The notes beneath the pieces are model-generated. The model had not been told where the DNA came from, ran no database searches, and was given only the letters and a program-made list of their open reading frames with translations. 64,000 nucleotides of DNA from Amphiscolops sp. MND2022 (lineage: Eukaryota). Where the stretch lies: assembly GCA_964187785.1 (NCBI GenBank), contig OZ076412.1:39866001-39930000 (forward strand), written 5' to 3'. Positions 1 to 12,946 of this stretch are shown here, piece after piece. Every line of letters begins with the position of its first letter. Within the stretch, counting starts at the first letter, position 1. A program made the position numbers and the translations under genes.

Positions 1-136
1 ATGGAATAAGATCTAAAATCACTAAATTTTAGATCTTGTACTTTAAATTCTGTTCCCCACTCCCAAAATAGCTATGGCTCAGTTGGTGAAGGCGAAGAAG
101 GCGGAAATTATCCCGGTGCTTAGCGGGCGTCTTGTT
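1..136 (+). mobile_element. 3' end of a Helentron/HINE-like non-autonomous element (family 1-related)
   Basis: GGCGGAAATTATCCCGGTGCTTAGCGGGCGTCTTGTT (100-136) matches the 3' subTIR + hairpin + CTTGTT end seen at 40884, 48330 and 57373. The left boundary is unknown (window edge). Confidence 0.45.
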
Positions 137-147
137 TAACTTATTGC

Positions 148-1094
148 ATGAATTTCAAATGCTCCACTATAAAAGACTACAGGAAAGGCACAAGAAAATA
201 CCTCACCGGGTTATGTTTTATCCCGGCTATGGTGGGCCTTCCACAACAAACTTCCACAATTTGGACATACACCAAAAAGGAGGAGGGACGAAAGAGTGAG
301 CTCTTCCTAGTTAAGCTGAACACAATAGTTGACGCGAACACTATGATGAAAGGCCTAACTAATCCCAGGTACGCCTAAGAAGAACTGGCGCAATAACGCG
401 TTTCATCAGACATGGGACTAAAAATAGAAATGGTTTGTTTCATATTGGAAAAGGCAAAAGATATCACAACGAATGAATCAGGTGAAAACATTTATTTTGT
501 CTGGGCGACCGAAACCTCAAACTAAAAACACATGAGACAGTGTACCGAGAAGTCTTGCCTGCAATTTGACGTCTGGCTCGGGAAGGTCAACGCAATAACT
601 ACTGAAAAGTTTCTTGAGCTCGCAACATTTCTAAATGAAGCCTCTTCCTTACCGACGATGATAACCTTAACCAAGGAAGCAAATTGTTTCATGGAGCTCA
701 ACTTGGCTCAAATTCGACTCAATATCTTGATACTTCTAAATGTCGGCCCTTGGATAAAAGACGAAAAATGTTGCAAAACATGAGCAAGAAGGTTGAGTAC
801 AATGGAATAACTGACTATCATTTTATGAATGGAACGCAAGAGCAAGAGATGGTGTTACCAGAGGGCAACATTAGAATTATGTACAAATACTCATCCTCGA
901 CAACAGAGCCGTTAACACCTTCCCAAGACACAATGGCAATAGTCGTCAGAGGCGTATACTTTGTTGCGATCCGAAATTCAGCAAAATTGATTCGAAAAAC
1001 CACTACACCTATCTTGGAGAGAATAGTAAATAGCATCCAATCTCGGAAGAAAGAAGACTCCTTTCTTAAGCAAAACTTTGCCAGACTAACTTGA
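148..1094 (+). pseudogene. Degenerate LINE ORF2 fragment (APE endonuclease/linker-like)
   Basis: Broken frames with weak resemblance to APE motifs (NTMMKGLTNP ~ NxxIxGDFNxP; GITDYH ~ GxSDH) and a KLIRK linker-like segment. Many stops. Confidence 0.3.
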
Positions 1095-1520
1095 TTCGTA
1101 CAAATTTTTGAGTTCTCACTCGTCTACTTGCTGACATAGTGATAGGACGCGCTTAGTTTGGTCAATGATCAACTTCTGGGGAAAACGGTCGCTCCCTTAT
1201 GCCACTGAATTTTCACATTTCGTTGAGATGACAGTGGCTGAAAAACAACAGAGACAACTACCTGGAACTCTGAAACTTCATCTGAGATATAAATTATGAG
1301 GCTGCCTAGTTACTACAAGATAACCGGCAACATTTAAAAAAGATGGTGGTTACCACAGTGAAATATCAACCGAAAACGGACAGAGACGACAGAGACGGGT
1401 TCCCATGAACCGTGGAGAAAATGTAGATCTCCAGAGCCTGCCGAAATGAAAACAAAAAAGGTATGGTCGCTACAGAAAATGAGGTAAAATGCATTCCAAA
1501 AAACGTTCATAAACAAAAAA

Positions 1521-1981
1521 TGTTGCATAGCAAATAAGTTTGTTTGCAAATGAGACTAAAATTGAACCTACAAGCAATAAAGCAGCTTAGCCCAGCGGTA
1601 GAATACATGGCCGGTATTCGACCGGCGTAGGTTCGATCCCCGGTAACAAAAATTATTTCATAAAACTACATTTCGCCAAAACACAGTAAAAAATATTTTT
1701 TGGTATTTGAACTTTGCTATCCCGAAGTTCAATTATGTTTGGTAATATTTGTAAACAAATATTGTTCTTTTGAATGTTGGAACATATTATTTTGTTATTT
1801 ATTACTGTTATTCGGTGCCATAAAACATTTGAATAGAAGTTGATATTCTTCCCTTTTCAAACGAGATTGAGCTGTCGAAAGTTATATTCCTTTTATGGTG
1901 GCCATAGAGAAGCTAGAGTTCGTTTGGTCAAAAGTTTGCAAGTTTATTACCTAGCAAGTTACTACGATGAAAATGAAACGT
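1521..1981 (+). mobile_element. Dispersed ~460-bp repeat carrying a tRNA-derived Pol III cassette, copy 1
   Basis: A-box TAGCCCAGCGG (1588-1598) and B-box GGTTCGATCCC (1630-1640). Homologous over its whole length to 10671-11130 (minus) and partly to 1983-2357 (minus). Confidence 0.8.
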
Positions 1982-1982
1982 G

Positions 1983-2357
1983 CATAAAAGGAATATAACT
2001 TTCGACAGCTATATCTCGTTTGAAAATGGAAGAATATCAACTTCTATTCAAATGTTTTATGGCCCCGAATAACAGTAATGAATATCAAAATATTATGTTC
2101 GAACATTCAAAAGAACAATATTTGTTTACAAATGTTACCAAACATAAATGAATTTCGGGATATCAAAGTTCAAATCCCAAAAGATATTTTTAACTGTGTT
2201 TTGGCGAAATGTAGTTTTATGAAATAATTTCGGTTACCGGGGATCGAAGCTGCGCCGGTCGAATACCGGCCATGTATTCTACCGCTAGGCTAAGCTGCCT
2301 TATTATTTGTTGGTTCAATTTTAGTCTTATTTGCAAACAAACCGTTTTGCTATACAA
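1983..2357 (-). mobile_element. Same repeat, copy 2 (truncated, inverted against copy 1)
   Basis: Reverse complement of ~1521-1893; forms a foldback with copy 1. Confidence 0.8.
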
Positions 2358-2499
2358 AATCCTCCGGGCCCAAGAAGATGTGAAGTAGAACTCAAAAAAT
2401 TAATACTTTTTTAAAATTTCTAAGGTATACATGCAATGATTAATGTTTCATGAATACATGTTATCAATAACAAATATGGGTTTAGAATGAGGCGGTGTT

Positions 2500-4280
2500 T
2501 TATTCACGAATGGGAAGGACGGGAAAGAGCTTGACAACGGAACGGGTGAGGATGCCAGATGACGTCTTTACTTCCGCTGACCGAGCGACGGAATTGGCGC
2601 CGTAGTTTAACTTGAACACAAGCAAGTGGGTAGTGTCCTCTCGACGTGGTGGGCTCCACTATCCAGACTACATCTCCGGTCTTGAGTTCGCGATGAAAGG
2701 GAGTCGTCTATTTCGAACGATGGTTGAGCGTCGGAACGTACTTCTTGAGGCAGAAGTCCTCCACAAGGCCGAACATTGTCAACAAAACTTTATCGGTCAG
2801 GCGGCGGGTCCCCAAGACCGCGTAAAGAACGTGTTTGACACTTCGGACTTCGCGTTCTCAAACACCTCCATGGTGGGGAGCACTCGGTGGGTTAAACTTC
2901 CCATTAATTCGTCTCTTCAAGAGTGCGTCGTTGAGGACTTGCTGGTTCCAACTGTTGATGTTGTACATGAGTTCTTTTTCGCTGGCTACGAACTTTGTGC
3001 CGTTGTCAGACCAAATAACGGATGGGGTGCCCCGGCGTGCGGAAAACCTTTCAATTCCCATCACGCAGCTACTCGTGTCCATGCTCGGGACCACCTGGAA
3101 GGGGACGACACGAGTCGTGAGGTAGGTAAAAAGAAAGCCCCATCTTTTCTCAGTAGATAGTTTGACAGATACAAAGTAAGGTCCGAAATATTCAACGCCC
3201 GTGTTCGAAGAAGGGGGTTCTTTGGAAGCGAGTCTTTCACGAAGTAGATCTGACATCATTGGAGTCAATGTTTCGGCTCTTCGTTTTCGACAGGTTATTC
3301 ATCGGAAAAAATTGTTCTCGGGTGGTTCTCAGTTTGACTACAGCAAGTCTCTGCAGCACCAAAGCTCGTACGTAGTCGACACCCTGGTGGCAATGGGGTT
3401 TGTGTAGATGTTCTAGAAGAAGACAACCATCTAGAACAACGGGAAGTTTAACATCAATTGTGGCAACGTTTAGTTGTTTTGTGCGCCCAGAAGCTCTTAT
3501 CAGACCATTCGGTCCAATGAAGGGGGAAAATTGTGCTATTTTGGAAGTTCTACCAAGTGGCGAAGATTTCAGTAAATTACTTTTTTCGGAAGGTAATAAT
3601 TCGGATTGAACGATATAAAACAGCCGTTGTTCGGCATGTTCCAGTTCCGCCGGGTCGGTGATTGCAACAGTAGGACACCTGTAGAGACTGTTCTTGTCCA
3701 ATAGCCGTAACATGTAGGCTACAATGTGCAGGCGTTTCTCGTGTGAGCAAAACTTCTGCCACTTGAAAGTTTGTGCGATTGAAGACTGAGTTGCGGACAC
3801 CATCGTAGTTGACGATTCTGTTACTGGTAACTGACTGGAATGTTTTGGTTTCTTCAGCTTCCGTCGGAAGTCTCCGGATGGCTCAAAGGGCCATTGGGGC
3901 GTTTTCAGGAACTCGGGTCCCTTAAACCAACTGCTCTCCAGTAGAGCGTTTGCTGACAGACCTCTGGTGCCTGCATCTGCTGGGTTATCGCTCGATTGAA
4001 CGTAGTTCCACCCGTCTGTGGTAGTTAGCTCCAAGATCTCCGCCACACAGTTACCTTCGAAGACTGGTTGGTTTTCGAGGAAGTGAATCCATTGTAGGAC
4101 AGTGGTGCTGTCGGTCCACAGGAAAATCCTGCTTATTTCGAGCGTCAGAGCCTTTTGGATGTCCTTCCTAAGTCTTGCTGCAAGCAACGAGGCTGATAGC
4201 TTGAAATTTGGTAAGGTCAAGGCTTTCATGGGTGCCACTCTGTCTTTTCCAAATACGAAAAAGAGTTTTGTTGTGGGCAA
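2500..4280 (-). pseudogene. BEL/Pao RNase H and integrase (frameshifted, internal deletion)
   Basis: LWTDSTTVLQWI, NPADAGTRG, YFGPYFV, FTYLTTR, WSDNGTKF, PHHGGV, and the C-terminal RSVVKLFPVLP ending near 2500. Confidence 0.88.
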
Positions 4281-5947
4281 CCGTTTCCACTGATAACTTT
4301 TCCTCGGAAGAAGACGACCGCACTGAACACGTCTTCTGAACTAGCACCAAATATGTGAAATTCTATTGCTTCGACTTTTCGTCGGAAGTAGGCTCGAGCG
4401 ATTGCGATATCGCTAAGCGGGGGTAACTCTTGGGTCCAGTCGAGGAACTTAGTTACAATATCAGGCGGTAAGTCGTCATCCCGCTGCTGTTCACTTAGTC
4501 TCCAGATATCTTTGAGTACTAGGCGCGCTTTGACAGTATACGGTGCAACTAGCCCAATTGGATTGTACACTGAAGAGACCAGGCTCAGAACTACCCTTTG
4601 TGTAACAGTTGGATAGATGTCAGGGTTTATACCGCGGCTGACCACAAGGGTATCGGTAGCGTGGTTCCATTCCAATTCAAGCACATGTGACGATTCTTCA
4701 CCACTAGAGATTTCTTTCACTTCAGTTGCTGGAGTCGGATCGGTTTCCATTTGCGCAGGGATTGAGGGCACGTTTGACACGAACTTGGTTAACTTGAAGC
4801 CTCCCGGTGAAAGCAGTTTCACCAGGTCCTCAGCTTTGCGTGATGCTTCTTCAACCGTCGGGCATGACTTTAGGTAGTCATCAATGTAAAAGTTACTGAG
4901 AACACTTTGAGCGGTTTCAGGGAACGTTGACTGGTTGTCCGTTGCTGTTCTCCTCAGAGCGTAGTTCTCACAAGTAGTGGAGTCTTTAGATCCAAAGTTA
5001 AGTCGGACATACTGTAACACAGCAACATCGGATGCTGGACCTTCACGCCAGAGGAAACGAAGTGACGGCCTGTCCTCCGGAATTACTCCAACTTGTGGGA
5101 ACATTCCTTCAATGTGTGCAGACACAGCGTACGGGTATTGTCGGAATAAAATCAAAATATGAATGAGACTCTGCAACAGGTCTGGTCCAGTCAAGAGTGA
5201 ATTTTTCAAGGAATGGCCTTGAAACTTGGCGGCGCCGTTCAACACTCGTCGAATTTTACCCGGTTTGTGTGGATTAACGACCGGGTGGTGCCGAAGGTAC
5301 CACTCGCGGGCATTGCTCACTTTGAAAAAATCGGCTTTGTCGACCGTCGCTATGTAACTCTGAATGATCTTCATGGATGGTTTTGGAGTATCGCTCTTTC
5401 AACTCAACATCTTTCCCGAGACGGTGTTCCAAGGACTTCAGCTGGACTGGAGCCGAAAAATAGTTATTCGGCAAACTGCCCTCGTCTTCAGCCCATACCA
5501 TACCCACTTGATAACGCAATCCATCGTGGTAGGTCGTTCGGTCGAGTATCTTTTTGCTCTCGCATCGGCAGCGGAACTGGGGACTACTTGTTTGAAAGCT
5601 CCGTATGATTCCATTTCATACCAGCTGCGGAGTTGGTCGCCTAGTTCGGAATCGGCATCTTTGTTGGACGTGACAGCCTTGAAACACGTTGAGAACAATC
5701 CAAAGGTCGATGGAAGAGGCCCACTCAGTACCCAGCCCAACGGGAGACGGACGGCAACTGGAGCATTCTTACTGTCGGCTTCGAAATACTTCTGTGGAAG
5801 GATAAAGTGGAATACGTCCTGACCCAGGATAATGTCGACGTCAACGTAGCTGTATTTGTTCATAGATATTGGTTCTAGGTGAACATACTTGGTTTTCAAA
5901 TATTCAACGTCGATGGTGTCGGTACCTACGCTAAGGTTTTCTCTCAC
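4226..5947 (-). pseudogene. BEL/Pao protease linker and reverse transcriptase (frameshifted)
   Basis: LGQD..PVAVRLPLGWVLSG, HHPVVNPHKPGKIRRV, LLTGPDLL, RLNFGSKDS, FYIDDYL. Confidence 0.9.
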
Positions 5948-8723
5948 CTACGGTTGGATGTCAAAGAGGAGCAAGAGCCACTCGAATGAACAGGTGTCAA
6001 CTTGAGCTCCACCATTTGCGTTTCAACATCTTGATGGGATTTGATCCCATGTACGGTCAATTTTGTCGGTACTTCGCGAACTTTCAGTTTGCGTGCCAAC
6101 TTTGCAGAAATCCAAGAATGGCTACAGGCAGAATCGCAAAGGGCTAACCTTTTTTCGCAGTTTTCGTTGGAATGCATTTCTACTTCAGTAATCTGCAAGA
6201 GGCGCTTAACACCAGTAACAGACGGTGAACCCGAATGTTTATCAGCCTGCTCGTTTATTTTCGTTGTTCCAATGCAAGTTGATGTCTCTGAATTTCGTTT
6301 GTTTGGAGCTTGATTTTTGATGGGAACAATTTGGTCGGCGCCATAAAGGAATGTGTTGTGGGAGCTTCCGCATCCGTCTTTAGTACATTGCCGCGGCTGA
6401 GGGCACTGTAGGAACGAATGGCCGTCGTTGAAGCACGAGAAGCAAAGTTTGTTTTCGGCAACTCGCTTTGCCCTCTCCGTGGGAGTTTTCTGTCTGAATA
6501 CCGGACATCTCCACAGACGGTGTTTCTCTTTGCAGGCCGCGCAAGTTGGCGCATTGTCGGACTTTGCTTTGGAGTTTTTTTTTCGTTGGTTGGACGAAGC
6601 TGTTGCGGCAAACAGTTTGGATGTCGTGTTGGTTTTCGTTATACTAGATTGGGAATTCTCGTCCACTTTGGTCTTTCCCGAAGCTGTTTTCATTCGTTCG
6701 TGGGCTTCGTCCTTGTCTTTCAACCAATCATTGAAGTCAACTAGTGTCGGTCGGTCTAAGTTACGCTTCACCGTGTGCATCGACTATGCTTCTTTCACGT
6801 TCAGTGGAAGCTTTTGAACTGCCTGACCAAGTAGTGAGGCACTTGATAAGTCTTGGTTGTAATTAAGGGACCTAAATACTCCAACTAACGAGCTGACTGT
6901 TGCCGAGTAGCTAATGATGCTATTGTTATTATGCATCTTTACAGGTGGAATGCTAGGAAGTTTGTTCAAGTACGCGGTTTCCACTGCCTGTGGTTGTCCG
7001 AGTTTGCGCTCAAGTGATTGAGAGCATCTTTGTTCTTGGCTCCACAGTAGGCGAACTCGGCAATTGCAACTTCGCTATTTCCATTCACCAATGTTATGTC
7101 AACTTGACATCATCTGACAGAGAGGCAGAGTCAATGGCGCTCTTGAACTGTGCGAACCACTCGTGCCATTGAACAGGTTCGCCGTTGTATTGGGACAGTT
7201 TCCATTCTGTTAGGTGATCTTTCATTGTTGAAGCCAGTAGTTGCGCAACTTCAGGTAGTGTGAAACATGTTGAACTTGTCGGTGGTACCGTGGTCACTGG
7301 AGGTGGAATGAAAGAAGCTGCAATTGAGCTAGGCAACCATGATGATGGTTGAGTCGATGCACCAACAACAGCTGGTGTCGTAATAAGTGGAGGAGGCACA
7401 AAGTATACGGTTTCTCTACCAGTGACGGGCATCACAGGTGTTAATGGTAACGGCGTACTACCCAATAGTGTGCTCGTTGGTGTTACTTGAATCGGTTGGT
7501 TTGGCGGCAGTACGGTGCTCACTAGCGAGGGCAAGTTGCTAGTCACTGATGGGAACGTCCAAGAGGACAGGTTGGGAAGTATGTGATTGACCGGCATAGT
7601 GAGAGTTGGGTTTATCGGTACAGGTGGTGGATGCAGCAGAACTTTTCAATAGTTGTTGCTTGGATGGTGGTCGTAGAAACCGGTTGCGGTAATTTTGGCT
7701 GCACCGTTGCTGGAGCAGGGGCAACAACCTTAGCGGCAAGAGTATTGGGTGGCTGAACAGCCGGCGTTTGAAACATTGAAAACTGGCAGCTGAGCTCTAA
7801 AAGTTGGTACAAAAGCAGCACTGGGGACGAAGTTTGTAGCAGCTGCTTCATTAGTAACTTGGATTCCGGCAATTTGGGTTTGTTGCGGTGGAATTTGGAT
7901 CACGAAAGGATTGGTTGCGGCTGCTGTCGTTGGAACTACAGTAGTCCGATGAAGGTTAGCTTCTGTTCCATTGGGTGAATTGTTGATCCTTTCATTGATA
8001 CGCTCTTTTCCATTTCCGTTGCTAGTAGCGCTCAAGCAAGACAAAGTTTCATGAAAATCTAAGTTTGAATCAGACAAGTCTTCTCAAAGTTCCATTTCTG
8101 CCAAAGTAGCTTCCGCTAGTTTTCGACGATTTCCTTCCTCTAATTATTCGACTCTCAACGCCTGTTCCTTTCGCAGTCTTTGCAGCTCAATTTCTTGTTG
8201 TTCAATTTCGAGTTGTTGTTTTTGCTTTGCTAGGCATATAATGGCTTCATTTTGCTTCTCAATCTCCTCACGTCGCTGCTGAGCAATTATGAGATCCCGT
8301 TGCCGTTGGCTAGACGTCTTTGACACTTTGGAGCTGGTTGCTTTGCTAGATTTAGTCCTAACCGTGGTTGTCTAGGGTGAAGACAGATGACTTATCCGGT
8401 TGTGGGCATTTGACAATGCAATCCCGTTCTTTCTTCAGGATTTCATCGTTTTCCACGGTTTCGTCAGTCAACCACTTGTCCAAGTCGTCAGTTGTAGTTG
8501 TCGGGTCGTTGCACTTCTTCGCAAGCTCCAAAAGTTGCTCATTCTTCGCGAAGGCTTTCCTCATTGCTGCGTTGCAGTATTCTACCAAACGCTCAACACG
8601 AAGACGACGTTCCGAATTGTCAACAGCATCTTTAATGTGTTTTTGGAATTTCCTAATTTCCGTCCCAGCCTTAAGACGACTCTTGAAACACTTTTGAACT
8701 TTCTCCTGTACCGGGTCGGCCAT
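5944..8723 (-). pseudogene. BEL/Pao gag (fragmented)
   Basis: YNGEPVQWHEWFAQF (DUF1759-type), Cys knuckles CAACKEKHRLWRC, CFSCFNDGHSFLQC and CTKDGCGSSH, a long Pro/Thr-rich stretch, and the protease motif ALCDSAC at the end. Confidence 0.85.
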
Positions 8724-9239
8724 CCTTTATTACGTTTTCCACAGGTCGGTAGGGGTTGTTTAAGAGATCAGTTGATCGAATCTTTGTGGGCGTCAACCAA
8801 ACAGTAAAGTTTAAACAGTGTCCAAAAAGATTACTTCTCAAGGATTGGTACGGTATTTCTGGTTGAAATTACCGTTTGTAGTGCTTCTTCAAGAAGCGAC
8901 GGAAAATTTGTTTTTTTTTGGATTGAAAGCAGTCTCAGACTACAAGGACGACGACAAAAAACCTAAGTCCGCGTTGGAAACGCGGTCTCAGTGTGAGATG
9001 TTGTTAAGGGTGCTGTAGGCCAGGATTTCAACCGGACAAAAAAGTCCGGACACTATTCTGACACTGAAGGCCGAGGACGGAGTTTCAAGGTGTCAACCTG
9101 ACAATTAAGTCTGGACACAACCCTGATGATGATGGAGGGTGTGTAGAGATTTCAACCAAACAACGAAGTTTGGACACTGTCTCTACAACAGTAAAGTTAA
9201 CGTTCGGTGGGGGGGGGGTTGTTGTTCACTGAGACGGGT

Positions 9240-10243
9240 TCAAAGATGCCTTTTTGATTGCGTTCCGGGCACGCTTGCTAGGCCTCGTTGGTCTGCTTTT
9301 ACAGTAATAGCTGATAGTTGACTCTTTTTACGTAAAAGGAAGTCAAGACGTTTCAATTTATGCTCTGGAGTCTGGTGTGAAGACTTATAATTTTTCAGAA
9401 GCTCTGGATCTTTTTGTTTTTTCGATGGGATAAAATCTTTCACAATACTGAATACTTCGATTTGTGATCGGTTTTAAAAACATTCAAAGCATCAAAAATG
9501 TACCGCGTTTGATAAAGTTGGCAATAATCCAGAGCGCAGAGTTTGTCTTGAATGGCATTCAACACATCAATCAATTGTGACACAGTTAATGCTTGAAAAT
9601 TGTTACTGTCGTGACGGGAAATACTGTTGTTTAAAACTTCATGCCAGAATACAACATTGTTTTTTTCTTTAGGATCATTTGACAGCATGTTTTGAACATT
9701 TTTGCGGGGATTTCTTGCATTGGAATTCAAGCTCAGTCCCGAGATGGAACAAGTTTTTCTTTATATCGATGTCTTTTTTCGGGGGTTAACGTTTCCAAGG
9801 CTTGATCTAGAGAACTGGCAGCTAATATAAAAACCATGACAGTTTTCCCAAAAATTGGTAGAGTATTTTGATTGAGGGAGTTCCTGTAACATCAGGAACA
9901 AATATAAAGCAGAATGGTTTATCGATTCGATGTCAAAATACCAAACTTTTACTTTTACACAGTATACGATGCGTTCTGCAATGTCACAAACGGCAGTGTT
10001 TTTTGCAATCTACAGTTGTTACAGGTGGCTATTCACTTTTCGAAAAACAAAAGCGTCCATTTTCGCACTTTAAGTGAGGGTTTTCTTGAAGATATTCCGG
10101 AAAAATCCGAAAAAATTGCATTCTTGATTATAAAACACTTTGTGGGAAAACTATTTGAAACAATTGGTTTCAAGCCATTACGAATATTCAGTGAAAATTC
10201 AGGGTGTTGCAGATCAAATTGTGAGGGGAAATGTATCAACTAG
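9240..10243 (-). pseudogene. Degenerate ORF, possibly an SGNH/esterase-like retroelement ORF1
   Basis: Collinear broken frames (FILAASSL; WHEVLNNSI; YKSSHQ) loosely resemble SGNH blocks I, III and V. Weak similarity judged by eye only. Confidence 0.25.
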
Positions 10244-10670
10244 GTTGAGAATTAGGAATTGAGTTCATTTCTGATCATCATAACTTGTTTGAATACTCTT
10301 GAGTATCCAGGTGTTGAGTCACGACAGGTGATGACACAATGGCTGTCCGTCCTCGAGGGCTGTGAACAAAAGTGCACTAATTCTGTTGCTGAACTGATTG
10401 CTGCTTCAAAAAGGAATAAAACCCTCTGACGCAGTCACTGCAAGCTGAGGTGAAAACCAAATTTTAATGGGGGTGAGCAGCCGGGGGTTTGTGCAAGCAG
10501 AACGCAGGGGCGGTTTGGGTCGGTTGTTTCTGCTGATGTTGCGCTCGGCGGCAAGGGGTGAAGACAGCAAGAGGAGAATAATCCGATCTTCTGAGAGAAA
10601 GAGTGAGGGGTTTGTCGTGGGGCTGGTAATCCACTTACTTTGCCAGCACTGCAACTACAGCCTTCAAATA

Positions 10671-11130
10671 ACGTTTCATTTTCATCGTAGTAACTTGCTA
10701 GGTAATAAACTTGCGAACTTTTGACCAATCGAACTCGAGCTTCTCTATGGCCACCATAAAAGGAATATAACCTTCGACAGCTATATCTCGTTTGGAAAGG
10801 GAAGAACATTAACTTCTATTCAAATGTTTTATTGCCCCGAATAACAGTAATGAATATCAAAATAATATGTTCGAACATTCAAAAGAACAATATTTGTTTA
10901 CAAATATTACCAAACATAATTGAACTTCGAGATAGCAAAAATCAAATACCAAAAGATATTTTTCACAGTGTTTTGGCGGAATGTAGTTTTATGAAATAAT
11001 TTCATTTACCGGGGAACGAACCTACGCCGGTTGAATACGGCCATGTATTCTACCGTTAGGCTAAGCTGCCTTATTATTTGTTGGTTCAATTTTAGTCTTA
11101 TTTGCAAACAAAGTTATTTGCTATGCAACA
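10671..11130 (-). mobile_element. tRNA-cassette repeat, copy 3 (full length)
   Basis: Reverse complement of 1521-1981, including A/B boxes and the terminal ...GATGAAAATGAAACGT. Confidence 0.8.
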
Positions 11131-11149
11131 AAAAAAAGTTTCGGCGAAC

Positions 11150-12480
11150 GTCGAAACTACCTTGAAAGTTGTTTAGAACTACGTGAACAAAACCCCCCGG
11201 AACATTCCCCCCTGAACAAAACTAGTCCTCGAACGCAGGAATTTTGTCACTACTGACGACGAGAAACGTGACAACTTACGAACTTCTTTCGGTTTCGGTA
11301 TTCACGATTGAACAACAAGGTGTTTGGAATTCAGTCCAAAAAGAAACAGCAAAACATCGGATGCTTTGTGCTTCAACGACAAAAGGTTTCTGAAAAAGTT
11401 AAAAAGACTGGACATCACAATATCAATGGGACCCGATAACTAGCATTCTTGAGCTCTTTCTGAAACAAGTCTAGAAGTACTAGAAATAAGTGGGAGAATT
11501 TCTCGAGGATTGAGAGATTGCTCGCATCAGAACTACTCACAAGGAAGACTCTCAATAAGATTCCAACAACTATAGATTTGCCAGTTTAGCTCCTCTCGGT
11601 GGTTGAGTTTTAGAAAATCTCGTTTGAAAAACGTTTTGGACTACCTGAACAACAACAAAGTTGTGCTCGAGCAGCAATTAGATTTCAGTCATGATAGATC
11701 CGCAATGTTGCAACTCCTCAGAACTCTGAATGATTGGACTTTTGATTCATATAAAGACAATGAGAATGACGTCTCATTTATCAACCTCCAGAAGGCTTTC
11801 GACATCGTTCGACGTAACAACTTTCGCACATTTAGATTGCTACGTTATCACAGCAAAAACCCTGGAATGGTTAACCATTTTGACACAGAAGAAGACGAGA
11901 GTCGCTATCAAGGATAGCCTTCCAGAGTGGTCACTAGTCTCGAGCGGCGTCCCAGAGGGATCAGCACTAGGATCGAAACACTTTTTTTGTACATAAAGTA
12001 CACTTGTCACTGTGTGACATAGAAAACGTTCCATCATGTATGCCGACGATGCGAACACATTCCGGGCAACCAGTGAAGAATTGAAAAGGAGACGCTTCCA
12101 AAAATCTTAACCAGCTGACAATTGGGCCGAAGTAAATCTGGTCAAAATCAGTTCCATCGAATGCAATCAACTCACTCTAAGCAGCAGATTGCAGTCAGAA
12201 TGTAGAACCTACAGCTTGAATGCTAAAGAACCTTCGAACAGTGTGAAAAACGAAAAGTTTCTCTAGCTATTGGTTGACTCAAATTATTCCTTCCTTAACC
12301 AGATTGTAAAGAAAAGGGAAACTGATTATATCTTAGCTGTAATCCAAATAGGTTTCATCAACGTAAACGCGTCTTCAGAATGGTGTACAAATTTCTTGTC
12401 AGGCCGCACTTGGAGTACGCAAGTCAAACGTGAAAACCTTATCAGAAGAAAAACATCGTAATGCTGGAACAAAAAGCAAC
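11150..12480 (+). pseudogene. Decayed CR1/L2-type LINE reverse transcriptase
   Basis: FINLQKAFDIV, SGVPEGSALG, MYADDAN (RT motifs) and upstream NYVNK / TDDEK segments. Many stops. Confidence 0.7.
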
Positions 12481-12946
12481 CAGGTTCAAGCAAGGATTTT
12501 CCGGAATAGGTTATGAAGGTATACTGCGGAATTTGAAATTACACACCCTTGAGTATAGAAGACATCGCGACAAAATTATGAAAGTTTTTAAAACGTAAGA
12601 TACTAGAGGAACCTTCTATTAACAGAAATCCAAGGAACGGAATAATGGAATTAGAAAGAATTTTCCATTAATTCGAAAGAATTTATTCACTGTAGCGGCT
12701 TCCGTTTAATGAAATTCTCAGCCCAAATTTGCGGTGTGAAGTGCGAATATCAACATTTTTAAAGCCAGGACTCAACAATCACTAACATCACTGGTCATTC
12801 GCCATTTTATTTTCAATAACGCGTTCCTGACTCAAAATGGACTCCAGAAGAAATGAGCTGTTTCCCATGGAATAGTTCACTTGTAAAATTATGGTGGCAA
12901 AGATGTAGAAGCATCATTACGCTTTCCTGAGTTTTTGATCAATATG

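Larger units (their letters stand above)
2500..8800 (-). mobile_element. BEL/Pao LTR retrotransposon 1, decayed, no 3' LTR recognisable
   Basis: gag-PR-RT-RH-IN order on the minus strand with BEL-specific motifs. Multiple frameshifts and stops. Confidence 0.92.

Noticed and set aside
1582-1645. Functional tRNA gene
   Set aside because: A and B boxes are present but there is no cloverleaf (no acceptor or anticodon stem), and it is embedded in a multi-copy repeat. The same applies to 43515 and 61836.
2612-6817. Long plus-strand ORFs (e.g. 2612-3160, 5364-5822, 6428-6817)
   Set aside because: Antisense shadows of the BEL gag-pol frames with no independent motifs.
8938-8958. FLAG-tag-like DYKDDDK coding string (GACTACAAGGACGACGACAAA)
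   Set aside because: One Asp short of FLAG, lying antisense in the BEL 5' non-coding region with no linker, vector or ORF context. Treated as coincidence; finding it in other copies of this element would confirm that.
8800-9190. Putative 5' LTR and PBS of BEL element 1
   Set aside because: It contains ~60-bp imperfect repeats and a TGGTTGACGCCC string, but there is no matching second LTR and no clean TG...CA boundary, so it cannot be delimited.
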